From assembly GCA_965287045.1 (NCBI GenBank), contig OZ336905.1:12896001-12960000 (forward strand): a stretch of 64,000 bases of DNA. The letters are read 5' to 3'. Positions 23,830 through 37,312 of this stretch are shown here, piece after piece. The first letter of the stretch is position 1. Every line of letters begins with the position of its first letter. The notes under the pieces were generated by a model. The model saw only the letters and a list, made by a program, of their open reading frames with translations. It did no database searches and was not told where the DNA came from. The translations under genes were made by a program, and so were the position numbers. The stretch is from Carcharhinus amblyrhynchos (taxonomy: Eukaryota).

Positions 23830-25850
23830 TAACCCTCTCTTTCACCTCATCAAAAAACTCCCAGCAACTTAGTTAAACACAACTTGCTCCCAACAAGTAT
23901 GTGCTGGCTTTCCTTAACACATTTGTCCAATTAACTACTAATTTTGACCCAAATTATCATTTCTAGAAGCTTACCCACTACAGGGATTGAACTGACTGGC
24001 CCAGTTGCTAGGCTTATCTTTACATGCTTTTTGAACAAGGGTGCATTTGCAATTCTCCAGTCCTCTAGCACCATCCCAGAGTTTAAGGAAGAATGGAAAA
24101 TTATGGCCAGTGCCTCTACAATTTCCACTCACTTCCCTCTGTGTCCTTGGATGCACCTCATCCGGTCCTGGTGTCTTATCAGTTTGTAAATATAGCAATA
24201 TGGCCTGTGCTGTATGTGCTGGCCTCCAGAAGAATAATTCACCCAGTGTTATACGTGGACCCTAATCGGCCCATTCCTCCTTTTAACTATTACTAGGCCG
24301 ATAGAAGACTTTGGGATTCCATTTTATGTTGGCTAGCAGTCTCTTTTCATATTCTCTCTGCTTCCACTTTCTTTTTGAATTCCCCTCCGAACCTTACATA
24401 TTCAGCCTGGTTCTCAATTGTATTTTTGATCTGACATCTGGCTTGATTTCTATCTCCTTGTCATCCAGGAGCTCTGGACTTGTTTGCCTTACCTTTCCCT
24501 TGGAGGCCTTCTACTTGACTGTGCCAGAGCACTCTCTTTAAAGGCAGATCATTATTCAGCACAATTTTTACCTGCCAATCTATGATCCTATTTTATCTGG
24601 GTCAGATCCATTTTTACCCATTAAAGTTAGCTTTCCCTTAGTTAATTATTCTTCCTCTGGATTGTTCTTTTCCACGGCCAGCCTAAACCTTGCGATACAA
24701 TGATTTTTGTCCTTTAAATATTCTCCCACTGACACTTGGCCCATCTCATTCTAGCAGTGCCTCCCTTCTCACTGGACTGGAAATATACTGTAGAAAATTC
24801 ACCTGAACAAACTACAAGAACTCATGCCACACTTTGCCTTTTACGTTGCTATTCCACTCAATATTCGAATCAAGTCCCACATTATAACTACTTTCTCAAT
24901 CTTGCACATCTCTGCAATTTCATGACAAACTTGTTCCTCTACATCTTTCCCACTAGTTGGTGGCCTATTGATTAGGATGAACAATGCAAGTGTACCTTTT
25001 TTCTCCCCTAGCCAAATGGATTCCTTGACCCCTCTGGCAAATCCTCTCTTCCCAGCGGTACAATGTTCTCATAAATCAATACTACCACGCCTTCTCCCTG
25101 TTCCTTCATTTCCCATTTATCCTGAACCAAAAATTATGTCCAGTCCTGGCCTTCTTTCAGCCAGGTCACCTTATCGCTACAAAATCATATTTCCATCTTA
25201 TCACATACATGTACAGTAACCCTAATTTAGACTTTACTACTTTCCTCCTTACAATGAACCCACCCAATAACTATTCTAGTGTTATCCATCTCTTCCGGTA
25301 TTCTGCGCATCTTAGTATTCCTCCAAAATACGACTCCTGCTTCCCACACCAATGCTAAGTTAGTTTAAATCTACCCCAATAATATTAGCAAATTGCCAAC
25401 AAGGAAATATGTCCCACCTCTGTTTAGGCACAACTTGCTTGATCTGTACAGGGCTCATAACCTCAGTGGTCCCAAACTCTCAGGAATCTAAAGCTCTCTC
25501 CCCCGCATCAATTTTCCAGCAATGCATTCATGTACTTTATATTCCAATTTCTGCACTCACTTGCACTTGGTACTAGGAGTAATTCAGAGATTACTACTTT
25601 TGAAATCCTGCTTGCTAATTTCCTACCCAGCTCTCCAAATTCTGATTGTAGGACCATATCCTTCTTTCTACCCGCATCATTGGTACCAATTTGGACCAGG
25701 ACTGAGGGCTGTTCAACTTCCCCGCCTAGGGTGCTCTGCAGCCATTCACTGCCATCCTTGACCCGGGCAACAAGGAGACAAAATACCATTCTAGATTTAT
25801 GTCTGCAGCCACAGAAAGATCGGTTGTTCCCCTAACTATCAAATCTCTAC
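23830..25850 (-). mobile_element. Old, internally deleted CR1 retaining ORF1 esterase and ORF2 remnants
   Basis: ORF 25508..25789 (VLVQIGTND...KVVIS.LL.VP) matches the SGNH esterase of CR1 ORF1; 23931..24198 give KTPGPDEVHPR and EDWRIAN. Confidence 0.88.
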
Positions 25851-26254
25851 TGGTCAAAATGGGACAAAGGTATGGGTTACAGACTTTCCAACAGGCAACT
25901 GCCAAAGACTGTACATGATTACTTTGTTTAAGATGCATTTGTGGCATGCGCTTCCATCAGTTTCCTTTTGATCAGATATCATGTACTCCTCCAACTAGCA
26001 AACATAGAGTCAGATTCAAGGGAGGTTACAGAATTCTCAAATGAACCAGCTAAATCTGGGACTGGAATCGAACACCAATCCTCAGATCTGATACCATGAG
26101 ACAATGTGCCTCCATCTCTGTTGACTTTGCAAAATTAACTATTTTTCAGTTGTACAAGCTGTACAGTTTTGTGTACATGTATATTACTGCCTCAAATATA
26201 TATGCTTCATTGCTCCCCCAATAGCCTGAGTGAGCAAGGGAAAGGCGCAGTTAA

Positions 26255-28110
26255 GTGTAGATTGGAGGGTGGCAAATGTAACCCCAATATTTAAAGAAGG
26301 GAGAAGACAGGGAATTACAGACATATTAGCATAACACTAGTTGTAGGGAAAATGCTAGAGTCTATTATAAGGGATGTAATAACAGGATACTTAAAAAATA
26401 TCAACAAGATTAGACAAGGTCAAAACATGGAGGGCATTCGCTATGAGGAGAGGTTGGAGAAACTTGGTTTGTTCTCACTGGAGCGATGGAGGTTGAGGGG
26501 AGATCTGATAGAAGTCTACAAGATTACGAGAAGCATGGACAGAGTGGATAGTCAGAAGTTTTTTCCCAGGGAAGAGTCAATTACTAGGGGGCACAGGTTT
26601 AAAGGAGATGTACAAGATTTTTTTACACAGAGGGTGGTGGGTGCCTGGAACTCGCTGCCAGGGGAGGTAGGGGAAGCGAATATGGTAGTGGCTTTTAAGG
26701 GGCATCTGGACAAATACATGAAAAGGATGGGAATAGAGGGATATGGTTCCCTGAAGGGCAGGGAGTTTTCGTTAAGTTGGGCAACATGGTTGGTGCAGGC
26801 TGGGAGGCCAAAGGGTCTGTTCCTGTGCTATAGGTTTCTTTGTTCTAGATTTAAGGGAAAACATATTTGACAAACCTACTGGAGTTTTTTTTTGAGGACG
26901 TAACTATTAGAGTAGATAAGGGTGAACTAATGGATTTTCAGAAAGCTTTAGATAAAGTCCCACGTAAGAGATTAATGTGCAAAATTAAAGCGCATGGGAT
27001 TGGGGGTAATATATTGGCATGGATTGAGAATTAGTTAGCACAATGGAAACAGAGTAGGAGCAAAACAGAGTAGGGCCTTTTTCAAAGTGACAGGTGGGAC
27101 TAGCGGAATCCCGCAGGAATCAGCACTTGGGCTCAGGCTATTTACAATATACATCAATGATTTGGACGAGAGAACCAAACATAATATTTATAAGTTTACA
27201 GAGGACACGAAACTTGGTGGGAATGTGAGTGGTGAGAAGGACATAAGAGGCTACAAGGTGATTTAGATAAATTGAATGAGTGGGTAAAAACGCGGCAGAT
27301 GCAGTACAATGTGGATAAATGCGGAAGTTATTCACCTCGGATGGAGAAAAAGAATGGCAGAGTATTATTTAAATGGGGATAAGATTGGGAAATGCTGACG
27401 TACAAAGGGGCCTGGGTGTCCCAGTACACCAGTCACTAAAACAAGCATGCAGGCACACCTAACAGTTAGGAAAGCAAATGGTATTATGGTCTTCATTGCA
27501 AGAGGATTTGAGTACAAGAAAAGGAGTGTCCTACTGCAGCTAAATAGGGCCTTAGTGAGGCCACATCTTGAGTATTGTGCGCAGCTTTGGTCTCCTTTTG
27601 TAAGAAAGGTATACTTGCCATAGAGGGAGTATAGCAAAGGGTCACCATACTGATTCCGGGGATGGCAGGATTATCATATAAGATGATTTGGGTCAACTTG
27701 ACACGTATGAACAAATTTAGAAGAATGAGTATCGACCTAATTGAAACGTAAAAAATTCTGACAGGGCTGGAGACAGACTGGATGCAAGGATGTTGTTTCC
27801 TCTGGCTGAAGGATATAGAACAAGAAGTCACATTCTCAGGGTACAGGGTAAACCATTTAAGATGAGATGAGGATGCACTTCTTCGTTCGGGGTAGTGAAC
27901 CTATGGAATTCTCTACCACAGAAGGCTGTAGAGGTCAAGTCACTGAGTATGTTTGAGGAGGAAATAGATAATTGCCTAGACTCTAAAGGTGTCAAGAGTT
28001 ATGGGGAGAAAGCATTAGCATGGCACTGAGGTAAGGATCAGCCATGATCACACTGAATGGTGGACCAGGCTTAAAAGGGCCAAATGACCTATTCCTGCTC
28101 CTATTATATA
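26255..28110 (+). mobile_element. Decayed CR1 ORF2 with a second CR1 3' fragment nested at about 26425-26848
   Basis: WRVANVTPIFK and DFQKA.DKVPH motifs; chimeric ORF 26352..26870 jumps to C-terminal YEERLEKLGLFSLE. Confidence 0.9.
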
Positions 28111-28461
28111 TATTTCCATTTTAGTACTAACTCGTATAAATTCCTAGTTTAACTTATTTCAGTACCTTTGCATATACTGCTCTACAATCAGCTGTTGAAA
28201 GACGCACAGCAGCAACTCAGACCGAAGTGGCATTGAACCAAAAGTTAAAACACAGACAAGAATCTTGGGTAAAAAGATGCACCTTAGATCCTACAGTCAA
28301 GCAGTTACACCAATGTACTGTGCTGCGGGTTTACGTTCCTTACATATAAATAAACTGCCATCAATTTGACAAAAATACATTTCAATCAGCTTTTAAATCA
28401 AAAGTATAAACATTTTGCTGCCTTTTACAAAAAACTTTTTGCAATCTATTAAATTTCTTAC

Positions 28462-28605
28462 CAGGTCTGTATGGTTTCCTCTTCCTCTTTTTCCCTTCCT
28501 CAGTTTCTTCGCTTGTTTTTACAGGATCATTTGCTGGGCACACTTCTCGCTCCTGACTGATAGCCGCATCAAATTTTATGTCACATTCTCCTGGTTCCAT
28601 GGCAA
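28462..28605 (-). CDS. KMT2D: KMT2D exon (144 nt): VAMEPGECDIKFD...EETEEGKKRKRKPYRP
   Basis: KKRKRKPYRPG motif; G|gtaaga donor; acceptor (ttctattaaag) less certain. Confidence 0.9.
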
Positions 28606-28937
28606 CTTTAATAGAATTATAACCCAATTCCAGAATATTATATTCAGTCCAATTCAAAAACCATCAAAAGTTACAACAAAAAGTAGCACTGTGATATGCA
28701 ACAGCTTTTAATTTTCATCCTACCCCCACATTACTGCCAAAAACACGTTTGTCAGATTTCACATGCAGGCAAAATTTTAATTGCTGCATGTAACATATTC
28801 AAACTCTTACATTTGTGTACACTTCATGTCGTCACATTGTGAGCGCCAACTTTCCATTACAAATTCCTGTGCTCAATTTGGAATGGAAAACACATTTGTA
28901 CCACCATTACAAAATTGGTCTCTGGGTTTGCCATTTT

Positions 28938-29262
28938 TCATAGAATCCCTACAGTGCAGGAGACGACCATTTGGCCCATCGAGGCTGCACTGACAACAAT
29001 CCCACCCAGCCCCTATCCCAGTAACCCCATGTATTTACCCTGCTAATCCCCCTTACCAACACATCTTGGCACTAGGGGCAATTTAGCATGGCCAATCAAC
29101 CTAACCTGCACATCTTTGGACTGTGGGAGGAAATCAGAGCACACAGAGGAAATCCACGCAGACACAGGAGAATGTGCAAACTCCGCACAGACAGTCACCC
29201 GAGGCTGGAATTGAACCAGGTCCCTGGCGCTGCGAGACAGCAGTGCTAACCACTGTACCACC
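28938..29262 (-). mobile_element. HE1-like V-SINE
   Basis: tRNA-like head (cagtggttagcactgctg...ggttcaattcc), V-domain core and CR1-type tail. Confidence 0.88.
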
Positions 29263-29924
29263 CCAATGGCCATTTTCTGATGTTCAAAGTAACTAGTTAA
29301 CTAAAACAAATGTTAAAATTACATATTTCACAATAACCTGATTAAATTTATTCACTTTCTTTATTGTCTCTCTCTTCACGGTTACACTAAGTTTATACGT
29401 GAAGGTCTCAGTCCCCTCCCAAAAACCTAGGTTTGAAGTTGATATACTTGCACAGAAGCATACTGCTCAGAGCTGAATTTAGATTGTGCAGCCTGACAGT
29501 ATGCAACATTTCTAATTTTCCTGGGCTCATTAGTACTGTTCAGTTATACTGCGCAACAGCTTCCAGTCAGCTAATAGCTGCTGCTCAAAAAAATTCAGAA
29601 CTTTTTGAAGGGGGCAAATTTCAAAAATTGAGGTCTAGTTCAGAATGTCACAATAAAGTGTCAGAGAGAAAAGTATTGTAACTACACATCAGCTGTAGCC
29701 TTTGCAGTGTACTCCGTAAACGACAGAAAAAAAACTAGCCTTTCCTCTTGTAATTTTATTTCAATTTTCATAAACAAAAGCTGCTTGGAAAGATGCTAAC
29801 GTGCGCTACAGTTTTTTTTCAGAATGAAATCATACTAGAGTACGACTCTTATGAACACAGATTTAGAACGAAATCAGGTTTAAATGAGGTGGGAAAGCAA
29901 TGCTTTTCAAGCTTTGATCCTCAC

Positions 29925-30137
29925 CTTTTTCCTCCTCCCCTTCACCTTCTTCTTTCTTTATTTCTATAGATGAGCCATCTACACAAACCACCATTGGCTC
30001 ACTGCATGGAGTTGGAGGTTTGTTCTTTAGTTTGGGCTTTGGTCCTTTTTTCTGTGGCGGAGAAAGTATAAGACTTCGGAACTGTGACATTCCCGACTCT
30101 GTCAGCCATACGCCGTCCTGATTATAAAACCGTGGCT
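29925..30137 (-). CDS. KMT2D: KMT2D exon (213 nt): EPRFYNQDGVWLTESGMSQFRSL...EEEK
   Basis: GVWLTExGM motif; ORF 29863..30156; AAG|gtgagg donor. Confidence 0.93.
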
Positions 30138-30239
30138 CTACATATGAATAAATCAAATCTAAAATAAATTTAGCACACTACATAAACAAAAAGGGGAGAA
30201 TACAATCCCTTCAAACCAATTTCCTACTAAATAACTCAC

Positions 30240-30290
30240 CTGGATCTTTCACTTTGATGATAGGTGCAATCACCGGGGATTCACTTCGAA
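30240..30290 (-). CDS. KMT2D: KMT2D exon (51 nt): VRSESPVIAPIIKVKDP
   Basis: tatttgtag / CAG|gtgagt; KVK(E/D)P motif; phase 1-1. Confidence 0.9.
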
Positions 30291-30755
30291 CTACAAATAC
30301 AAATAAAATCAAGAACTTTTATATCACATGTCAGAAACAAAGTTAAAAGAATGTTTACATAAGCAGCTCTGACATACTAGATATTTGATTAATTTGGAGA
30401 CTTGGTCAGTAAAGAAGCAAGAATCTTGTCACTGCTGAAATGGCTTTGAGGCAAGAACAACATTTGAGAATATCATAATGCCTTTAAGTAATTAAACTTA
30501 TCTGCATATATTACAATGAATTAAAAAAATGCTTTACATGTAATATTTAGTTCATAGATCATACCGTGATGCAGGTTTAGGCACCTACAAAATAAAAAGC
30601 CTGACTATTTTATCGTGAGTTTCGAGAGAGTAAAGGTTGCAAGCATATATCAAGTATGTAATATTTTCAAACAGTAAATCTTTTATTGCTAATGAAATAG
30701 AAGATTGTTGCTATATTCCTCAAAGTATTGAGCATGGACCAACTCCATCACTCAC

Positions 30756-30865
30756 CAATTGGACGAACAACAAAGGGCTCACATGCAGTACAATCAAAGC
30801 CCTCATCTGCCGCTTGTTCCACTTCATCTTCTGTGAAGAGATTTTCACAAATGGCATGGACCCAC
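30756..30865 (-). CDS. KMT2D: KMT2D exon (110 nt): RWVHAICENLFTEDEVEQAADEGFDCTACEPFVVRPI
   Basis: LFTEDxVEQAADEGFDC is diagnostic of KMT2D. Confidence 0.96.
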
Positions 30866-31342
30866 CTGCAAGCACCAATGGGTGTAATTTTGCTCATGAA
30901 ATCACCACTAAGGCAACAGATGTACAAACTAATTACTTACACAGATTATTTGTACTGATTTAAAATTACAGCTTGCAAAACTATTTTAATTTCTGTCATT
31001 GCATTGCATAGAAATCTTTATTACAAGTTAATTTCTTTCCTTTCCTTGATAACAGTGCAACTATTATATAAATGATACATTGCTGAAAACATCAGCTACC
31101 TGAATAGAATATGCAATTATACTAGGAATGTAGGCACAACCCAAGGGAAATTACAAATATTAGACTTCATGGAAAAGGAAATATGGATAAAAGTGCTACA
31201 ACTCATGCAAAAGGTCTTACATCTTATAGGATGCAATATAAAACCAGTTATGCATTCTAATTAACAAAACTTTGGCCCGTTACTTCAGAATAACATAAAA
31301 CATAGTTTATAAAACCATTGATAAGATGCTCTTCTGGCCTAC

Positions 31343-31507
31343 CGATCACAATGGTGACACTGTATAAGAAGGTCCTCTTCTTCATAGTCTTCATTGCAGC
31401 TTGGACAAGTAACAAGGCTGCCACAAGGTGCACAGTGAGTGTAGTTATTCTGCCATTCACAGTGAAAACCAGGTGTTGTGGCACCACACTGTGTACAGCA
31501 AACACAC
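31343..31507 (-). CDS. KMT2D: KMT2D exon (165 nt): WCVCCTQCGATTPGFHCEWQNNYTHCAPCGSLVTCPSCNEDYEEEDLLIQCHHCD
   Basis: PGFHCEW and SLVTCP are KMT2D-type; canonical splice sites, phase 2-2. Confidence 0.96.
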
Positions 31508-31952
31508 CTGCAAGACAAGGATGAAAGTGGGCTTCATGTAATCTCAGCATGAAGAAAGTTATATTGTACGTCTAAGAGAAAAAAACTAAAAACCTTAGGA
31601 GCTTTTAAGGTTTTATTAATTAGCTTTTCCTTCATCATCATAATGCCGATGAACTAGAAAGTCCAAACACCTTTTCAAAGTTATTTGCCCATCAGATCAT
31701 ATTAGCTGCTACGTTTCCTACATTACAAACATGACAACACTTCAAAAAAATGCTCAACTGGCCGTTAAGCACTTTGAAATCTTGAAATGTTCGACATAAA
31801 TGTACGTCTTATTTCCCCATACCCACCCCCCCATATAAGGTGCTTTCAATCAAAACAGTTCAATATTATCCACCTCCCTCAAATGCTGCTTTGTGCATCC
31901 CAGAGAAGCCATGAGCATCCCAAGCGTGGGTCAACCTGGCTGACATTTTGTC

Positions 31953-32060
31953 ATGATGTGGGTATGCCGGCGTTGAAGGGACTAACCCCGAAAGCTTGTG
32001 AATCTATTATCAAATAAATCGGTTGGACTAAAACCTGGTGTTGTCAGACTTTTTACTGAC
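31953..32060 (+). mobile_element. Penelope-like terminal-repeat remnant
   Basis: Shares gaaagcttgtga...aaataaa...ttggact..aacctggtgttgt with 35410 and 51767 elements. Confidence 0.6.
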
Positions 32061-32146
32061 ATTTTGTCAAACATGTCAGAAACCAAACTGTTTCTAGATA
32101 ACTCAGAATTCGCTTGAAACAATATAGCACTCATGCTTGCAAAGTC

Positions 32147-32740
32147 ATAGAATCAGAGAAGTACAGCACAGGAAGACATTCATTCCCCTGAATCTGAGTC
32201 AGGTCTTTCAAAGACCAATCTAATTAGGCCCACTCTTTCCTCCTACCCCGCAGTTTATTTTCCTCCTGCAAGTATTTATCCGATACCCTACTGAATATGT
32301 ACCACTGCCCTATCAAATAATGCAATCCAAATCCACTTTTTCAAACAAAAAGATTCTTCTCTATGTTACTTCTATTTCTTTTGCCAATCACCTTATACCT
32401 TCAGCCACTGGAAACAGCTGCTTTTTATTTACTCTTGCTACATAATCTTTGTAATTTTTCGAACACCATCCCCTTAGAGACAGCATGAAAGAGAATACCA
32501 GCTTCTCCCATCAATCCACGTATAATACCTGGAACCATTCTCACAAATCTCAATTGTACCCTTTCCAAAACCTTCACATCCTTCCTAAAGCATGGCGCCC
32601 AAAGACTGGACAAAATATTCCAGCTGGACCACTTCAGCGTTTTAGATAGGCTCAGCATTACTTCTCAGCTAGTATACTCTGTTTCTAATGGTAAAGCCTA
32701 GGATCCCACATGCTCGATTAACTGTTTTATTAACCCGTCC
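32147..32740 (-). mobile_element. Old CR1 3' fragment
   Basis: ORF 32425..32658 WAPCFRKDVKVLERVQLRFVRMVPG. Confidence 0.8.
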
Positions 32741-33665
32741 GCCAACCAAGAAAGAATATACAAGCATCTGCATGTTTCCCTTTTCTTGCACGTATTTAGC
32801 GTGTATTTGCACTCCTCGTTCTTCTTAGCAAAACGTAGAAGCTTTAAGTAATTGAAAAGACTGCATTTTTTAAAAAAAATGCAACCTCAAACATAGAATT
32901 TTTGTTTCTCTTTCTAAAAGCTTGCAACAATGTTCATTATTACAGTTTTTTTAAATTGACCATTAGAGCCTTTTTTGAAGCCAATGTAACAATTGGACAA
33001 AGGTCACTACACCTCAACAATGTTTGATAGAAGCCAGGAGGAAAGATAAAGATAAAGCTCTAAAATGAGAAAAGATTAATTAAATAGAAATAGCACAATT
33101 CAAATTTGTAAAAGTATGAAAGATAGAAAGCAGAACAATGAAAGGGAGTGCTTAAAATTTTGTAGCTTCTCCGATAAATATTCTTCAAAATATTTACCAA
33201 GGAAACAAACCCAAGTCAGAAACCAGGAAGGTCCCAGGTTGCAGCCGCAGTCAATGTCCCGAGTTAGCCAACACAGTGGTATAGTTGCCACAACTGAATT
33301 CAAACGCCCCTGAACTTTGGTGTTAGCGGGAGGATGGGGGGCCATCAGTGCTGCTGGTCACAAATACTGCACCACTAACCACATATTCAAAAGGTACATG
33401 TTCAAACATCAAATTAAAAAAAGAGGAACTGGATTGACCACGCACAGTTAAACAGCTTAATACTGAGGCTTTACATGCGAACAAAGACCACATGGGTGAA
33501 TAACTGGAAAAAAACCGGGCACCACTAAAATCTTACCGTACAAAGGCATTTATTGCTCTGGAAGATGAGTAGAGAGAAAATTTGTAAAATAAAAATACGT
33601 ATTTTCAAATAAAATAATTTCCCATTCCTGATGTCAGGTCATACACAATTGAATTTTGCACTCAC

Positions 33666-33847
33666 CACTTGCATTTCCACCCACCCTTTGGCACAGTCTG
33701 CAATGGTGGATCCAGGCAATATGTGTGGTAACTGATGTCACAATCATCACATAACAATAAACGAGCAGGATCGGAAGCTTTGCCACATGCTTCACACACT
33801 ATGCATTCCAAGCAACGCCATCCTTTGCTCAACATAACTTTTGTGAT
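33666..33847 (-). CDS. KMT2D: KMT2D exon (182 nt), PHD: [60 protein letters not shown]
   Basis: ORF 33662..33865; highly conserved PHD; cttgcag / gtgag. Confidence 0.98.
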
Positions 33848-34658
33848 CTGCAAGATAGAGAGCATAATCGAAAAACTTAAGATAATATTCCAATTAAAGC
33901 TCAGATTTAATCAAAATTGACAGACTTAGTCAGAGACCAGAGTGGTGACTTGAAATTTATAGATGCAAGAGGTATTGCTACATTTAAACGTGGTTAAAAC
34001 ATACTGAGGGAAGATTTTCTCTACACTATCTGAATCAAAAATTACTTGAGCACTTTTACAATATGCACTAAGGAATTGCTCTTCCCTTTTTTTCGCAAAC
34101 GTGTACGCGGAGCTCTGCTATTGTATTAAACTATACGGAAAAGTGTTGGATGCTGGCACTTCATTCCCTCACATCAGATGAACAAATTCATGTAGTTTTA
34201 AAAAATATGAATAACTTGTCTATTGTACTCGCGCTAAGGTTTAATAAATCTAGAAAGATATAGCTTGTTTCTTAAAATACTTAACGTATCCCACAGTTGC
34301 TGTTGAAGGTTTGCATTTTTGCCCTTTTTTAAGGGCTTCATAAAATATGTAAAATTCTCTGACTGAGTAGACAGATGGTTGATCTTTCACAGACCTCTAC
34401 TATTGTTGTTCCACTGCTTGTCACAAGTCAACAGGAAGTGTAGTTGCAATCTATGTCTTGCCTGTTGGTTCTCCTTTTTTTCCTTTGGGGAAGCATTTGA
34501 CTTCAGTGGTGAACCACTGTTCTATTGTGCAGAGTAACAGATCTGCTGCACAAAACCAGCACGTCTGCATTCATCCATCATAAGCGTCTAATAATAGGAT
34601 CTTTACACATTTGACTTTCACCTCACTTTCCTACCCTAAGAGTCTATCTCCTCCATAC

Positions 34659-34763
34659 CTTACTATTGACACAATAGGGGTGGTAGCACTGTCCACACTG
34701 TGAACAGGCTAACAGCTGTCCCTCTACCCCTCGTCCAAAGCTCCCACACACCACACACATATC
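34659..34763 (-). CDS. KMT2D: KMT2D exon (105 nt), PHD: DMCVVCGSFGRGVEGQLLACSQCGQCYHPYCVNSK
   Basis: Near-invariant PHD; CVNSK is KMT2D-type. Confidence 0.97.
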
Positions 34764-35409
34764 CTGAAAAACAAAAAGCACAGCATAAGTTATTCTTGAA
34801 TATTTCTTGTTAATATGTAGACTAGTGTTAATTCTGTAAATACATTTTATGAGATGTCCTCTGTTATTTAATCCAAATATCTCAGATCAAATATTTGAGT
34901 GGGATTAAAGTTATGAACAGCAACAGCACAACTGTATGTTAACTTAATACATATGAATAGAATATATCATGTGACGTGTGGATTCAATGAAAAATGCAAA
35001 TCTGGAAGCAAAAGTATTGGAAAATCTTGCAGCCAGCCCAAGATTCCAATGCACATTACAACTACATCATGTCAACAAAAACATAGCATGTGTGTTCCCC
35101 CCAGCAACACTCTTCCTTCCTTTTCCCACCACCACCAACACCCCCAAAAGAAAAGAAACAAGCCAGTCATCTGACATGCATGGAAAATCATCAGGCACTC
35201 AGCCAACTGTCCAGCTGGTTGTTAGGACATTGGCTTCTAAGGTTATCTGGAAAAGTGCGAAGATAGTCATTTGGCAATGGTAATACCAAAGTGCCAGGTT
35301 CACTTAAAAAATAAAGTTGTGGACAATTTGCTACATGCCAACAATTTCAGTTTCCCAAACGGTCAAGTCAAATGCTATTTGCCAGGTGTCCATGGCACCA
35401 ATTGTTTAT

Positions 35410-35581
35410 GATGTGGAGATGCCAGCGTTGGACTGGGGTAAAACAGAAAGAAATCCCACAACACCAGGAACTCCCAGCCACCTGACGAAAGGGCAGGCTG
35501 TCCCAAAAGCTTGCGACTTTTGCTACAAATAAACCCGCTTGGACTTTAAACTGGCGTTGTGGGATTTCTTTCTGTCTTACC
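35410..35581 (+). mobile_element. Penelope-like remnant with 31-bp inverted repeats
   Basis: 35437-35467 pairs with 35551-35581 (2 mismatches); CTGACGA hammerhead-like core at 35482. Confidence 0.65.
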
Positions 35582-36109
35582 AATTGTTTAGCTAAACCTT
35601 TGAGTGAAATCTTGGTACCAATACATGGGTCACTGGATGCCCAGCAGTCTAAACCATGAAGGAACACTATTGAAACAAGTATTTTTTATACCACATGCTT
35701 AGCCTATATTGGAATTATACTGTCACTGGAAAAATATGGGATGAATTATTGTCAGCACAGTTCCCAAGAACCATTTGCAAGGTATTGCTGACATCCACCA
35801 AACTGCTCAAGTTTCTGAATCAACAATTAGGACAGGTACCATTTGTTTCTTGGAATCAATATCTTATCCCCTTGAACAAAGTAAGGCGATTATACCCTTA
35901 GGGAGCATCCATTACCATCATGACACTAGTTAAGCCATTATTCAAGATTCTGAACTTGGAAAGTCTAATATCAACACAACTTGAAGCCTCACTTTGTTGA
36001 AACTAAATTATCAGCTACATGAGCAGTAAAGCAGATATTCAATACCCAAGTGTCAACTTATTCTGTTGAATTAAGAACACAAAATCTATGAAAAATTCTT
36101 TAAAAACTT

Positions 36110-36410
36110 AAAAGTAGAAGTAAATTAATGAATCACAAGGCGGCTTACATTAACAGTGCAATGAAGTCACTGAAAATCCCCCAGTCGCCACACTCCAGCG
36201 CCTGTTCGGGTACACCAAGGGAAAATTTAGCATGGCCAATGCACCTAACCAGCACGTCTTTCGGACTGTGGGAAGAAACTGGAGCATCTGGAGGAAACCC
36301 ATGCAGACACAGGGAGAACGTGCAGACTCCACACAGACAGCGACCCAAGCCAGGAATCGAACCCGGATTCCCTGGCGCTGTGAGGCAGCAGTGCTAACCA
36401 CTGTGCCACT
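36110..36410 (-). mobile_element. HE1-like V-SINE with a variant tail
   Basis: tRNA-like head and V-domain shared with 28938, 38014 and 50807 copies. Confidence 0.85.
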
Positions 36411-36568
36411 CCAACTGCATGCTAGATGGTTTATTCAAAAGTCCCAGGTAAATTCTGCATTATCTGAAGTATGCATAATAAGTGTGCCAATAATCAGGAG
36501 TCCATTGCATCTCACTTTAGATCAATGTATAATAATTTAATAATCATCATGAGAATGAGATATCCTAC

Positions 36569-36676
36569 CTGCAGGAGGATAAATTTGTCTTCAGTGGAGA
36601 AGAGGACCACTGTGTTGTGCATTGTATCATCATCATCGTCATCATCTTTACTTGGAGATGTATCTACTCCTGTAGA
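36569..36676 (-). CDS. KMT2D: KMT2D exon (108 nt): STGVDTSPSKDDDDDDDTMHNTVVLFSTEDKFILLQ
   Basis: NTVVLFS..DKF motif conserved in KMT2C/D; CAG|gtagga donor. Confidence 0.95.
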
Positions 36677-37198
36677 CTAAGTCAGGAAAAGGATAGTTTA
36701 GCACTGGAAAATCAGTGTGAATAGACATTTAAGCCAGTTCATTTTTAATGATTTCCTGTTAAGTGCCTTCTCAAGCAACAAGTTGGTTTGAATAAAATAC
36801 GATTTCTCTTCAGATCTGAGGGCACAAGAATTCCCATTCTTTGATCACTAACGATAAGGACCAGAAAAGTATGCACACCATATCTGTGACTCCAGCACGT
36901 ACAATGTATGCCGCCAGTGCTACACTGACGTCATGGAAGCAACGCATGCACACTCTGCCTCGATTTTCTAAGTATTTCACTTTCAATAAGCATATTTTTT
37001 GAATGAATCAAAGAAGATTTGGAAAAAAGAAATCACCATGTTGGGAAAATGTGGTCACAAACAGCATCATGCACTTGTGTGGCACAAATACTAACTCTTC
37101 CTGATTCAGAAGAACTATGGGACAATTACGAAAAAAATTAGGAGTCATTAATGGGCTACAATTGTTCCCCAAAGTAACCCATACCAATTAATTCTTAC

Positions 37199-37312
37199 CC
37201 CTAGAGACTCCAAGATTCCAGATACAGACTTCAAACGTGATCGCCCTCGTCCTCGCCCAACATGTCCACCACCACGAGGTCGTTTTTTACCTGGAAAACT
37301 GTTGCAGCGGCC
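37199..37312 (-). CDS. KMT2D: KMT2D exon (114 nt): GRCNSFPGKKRPRGGGHVGRGRGRSRLKSVSGILESLG
   Basis: Conserved FPGxxRPRG/GRGRGR motif; canonical splice sites, phase 0-0. Confidence 0.95.
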
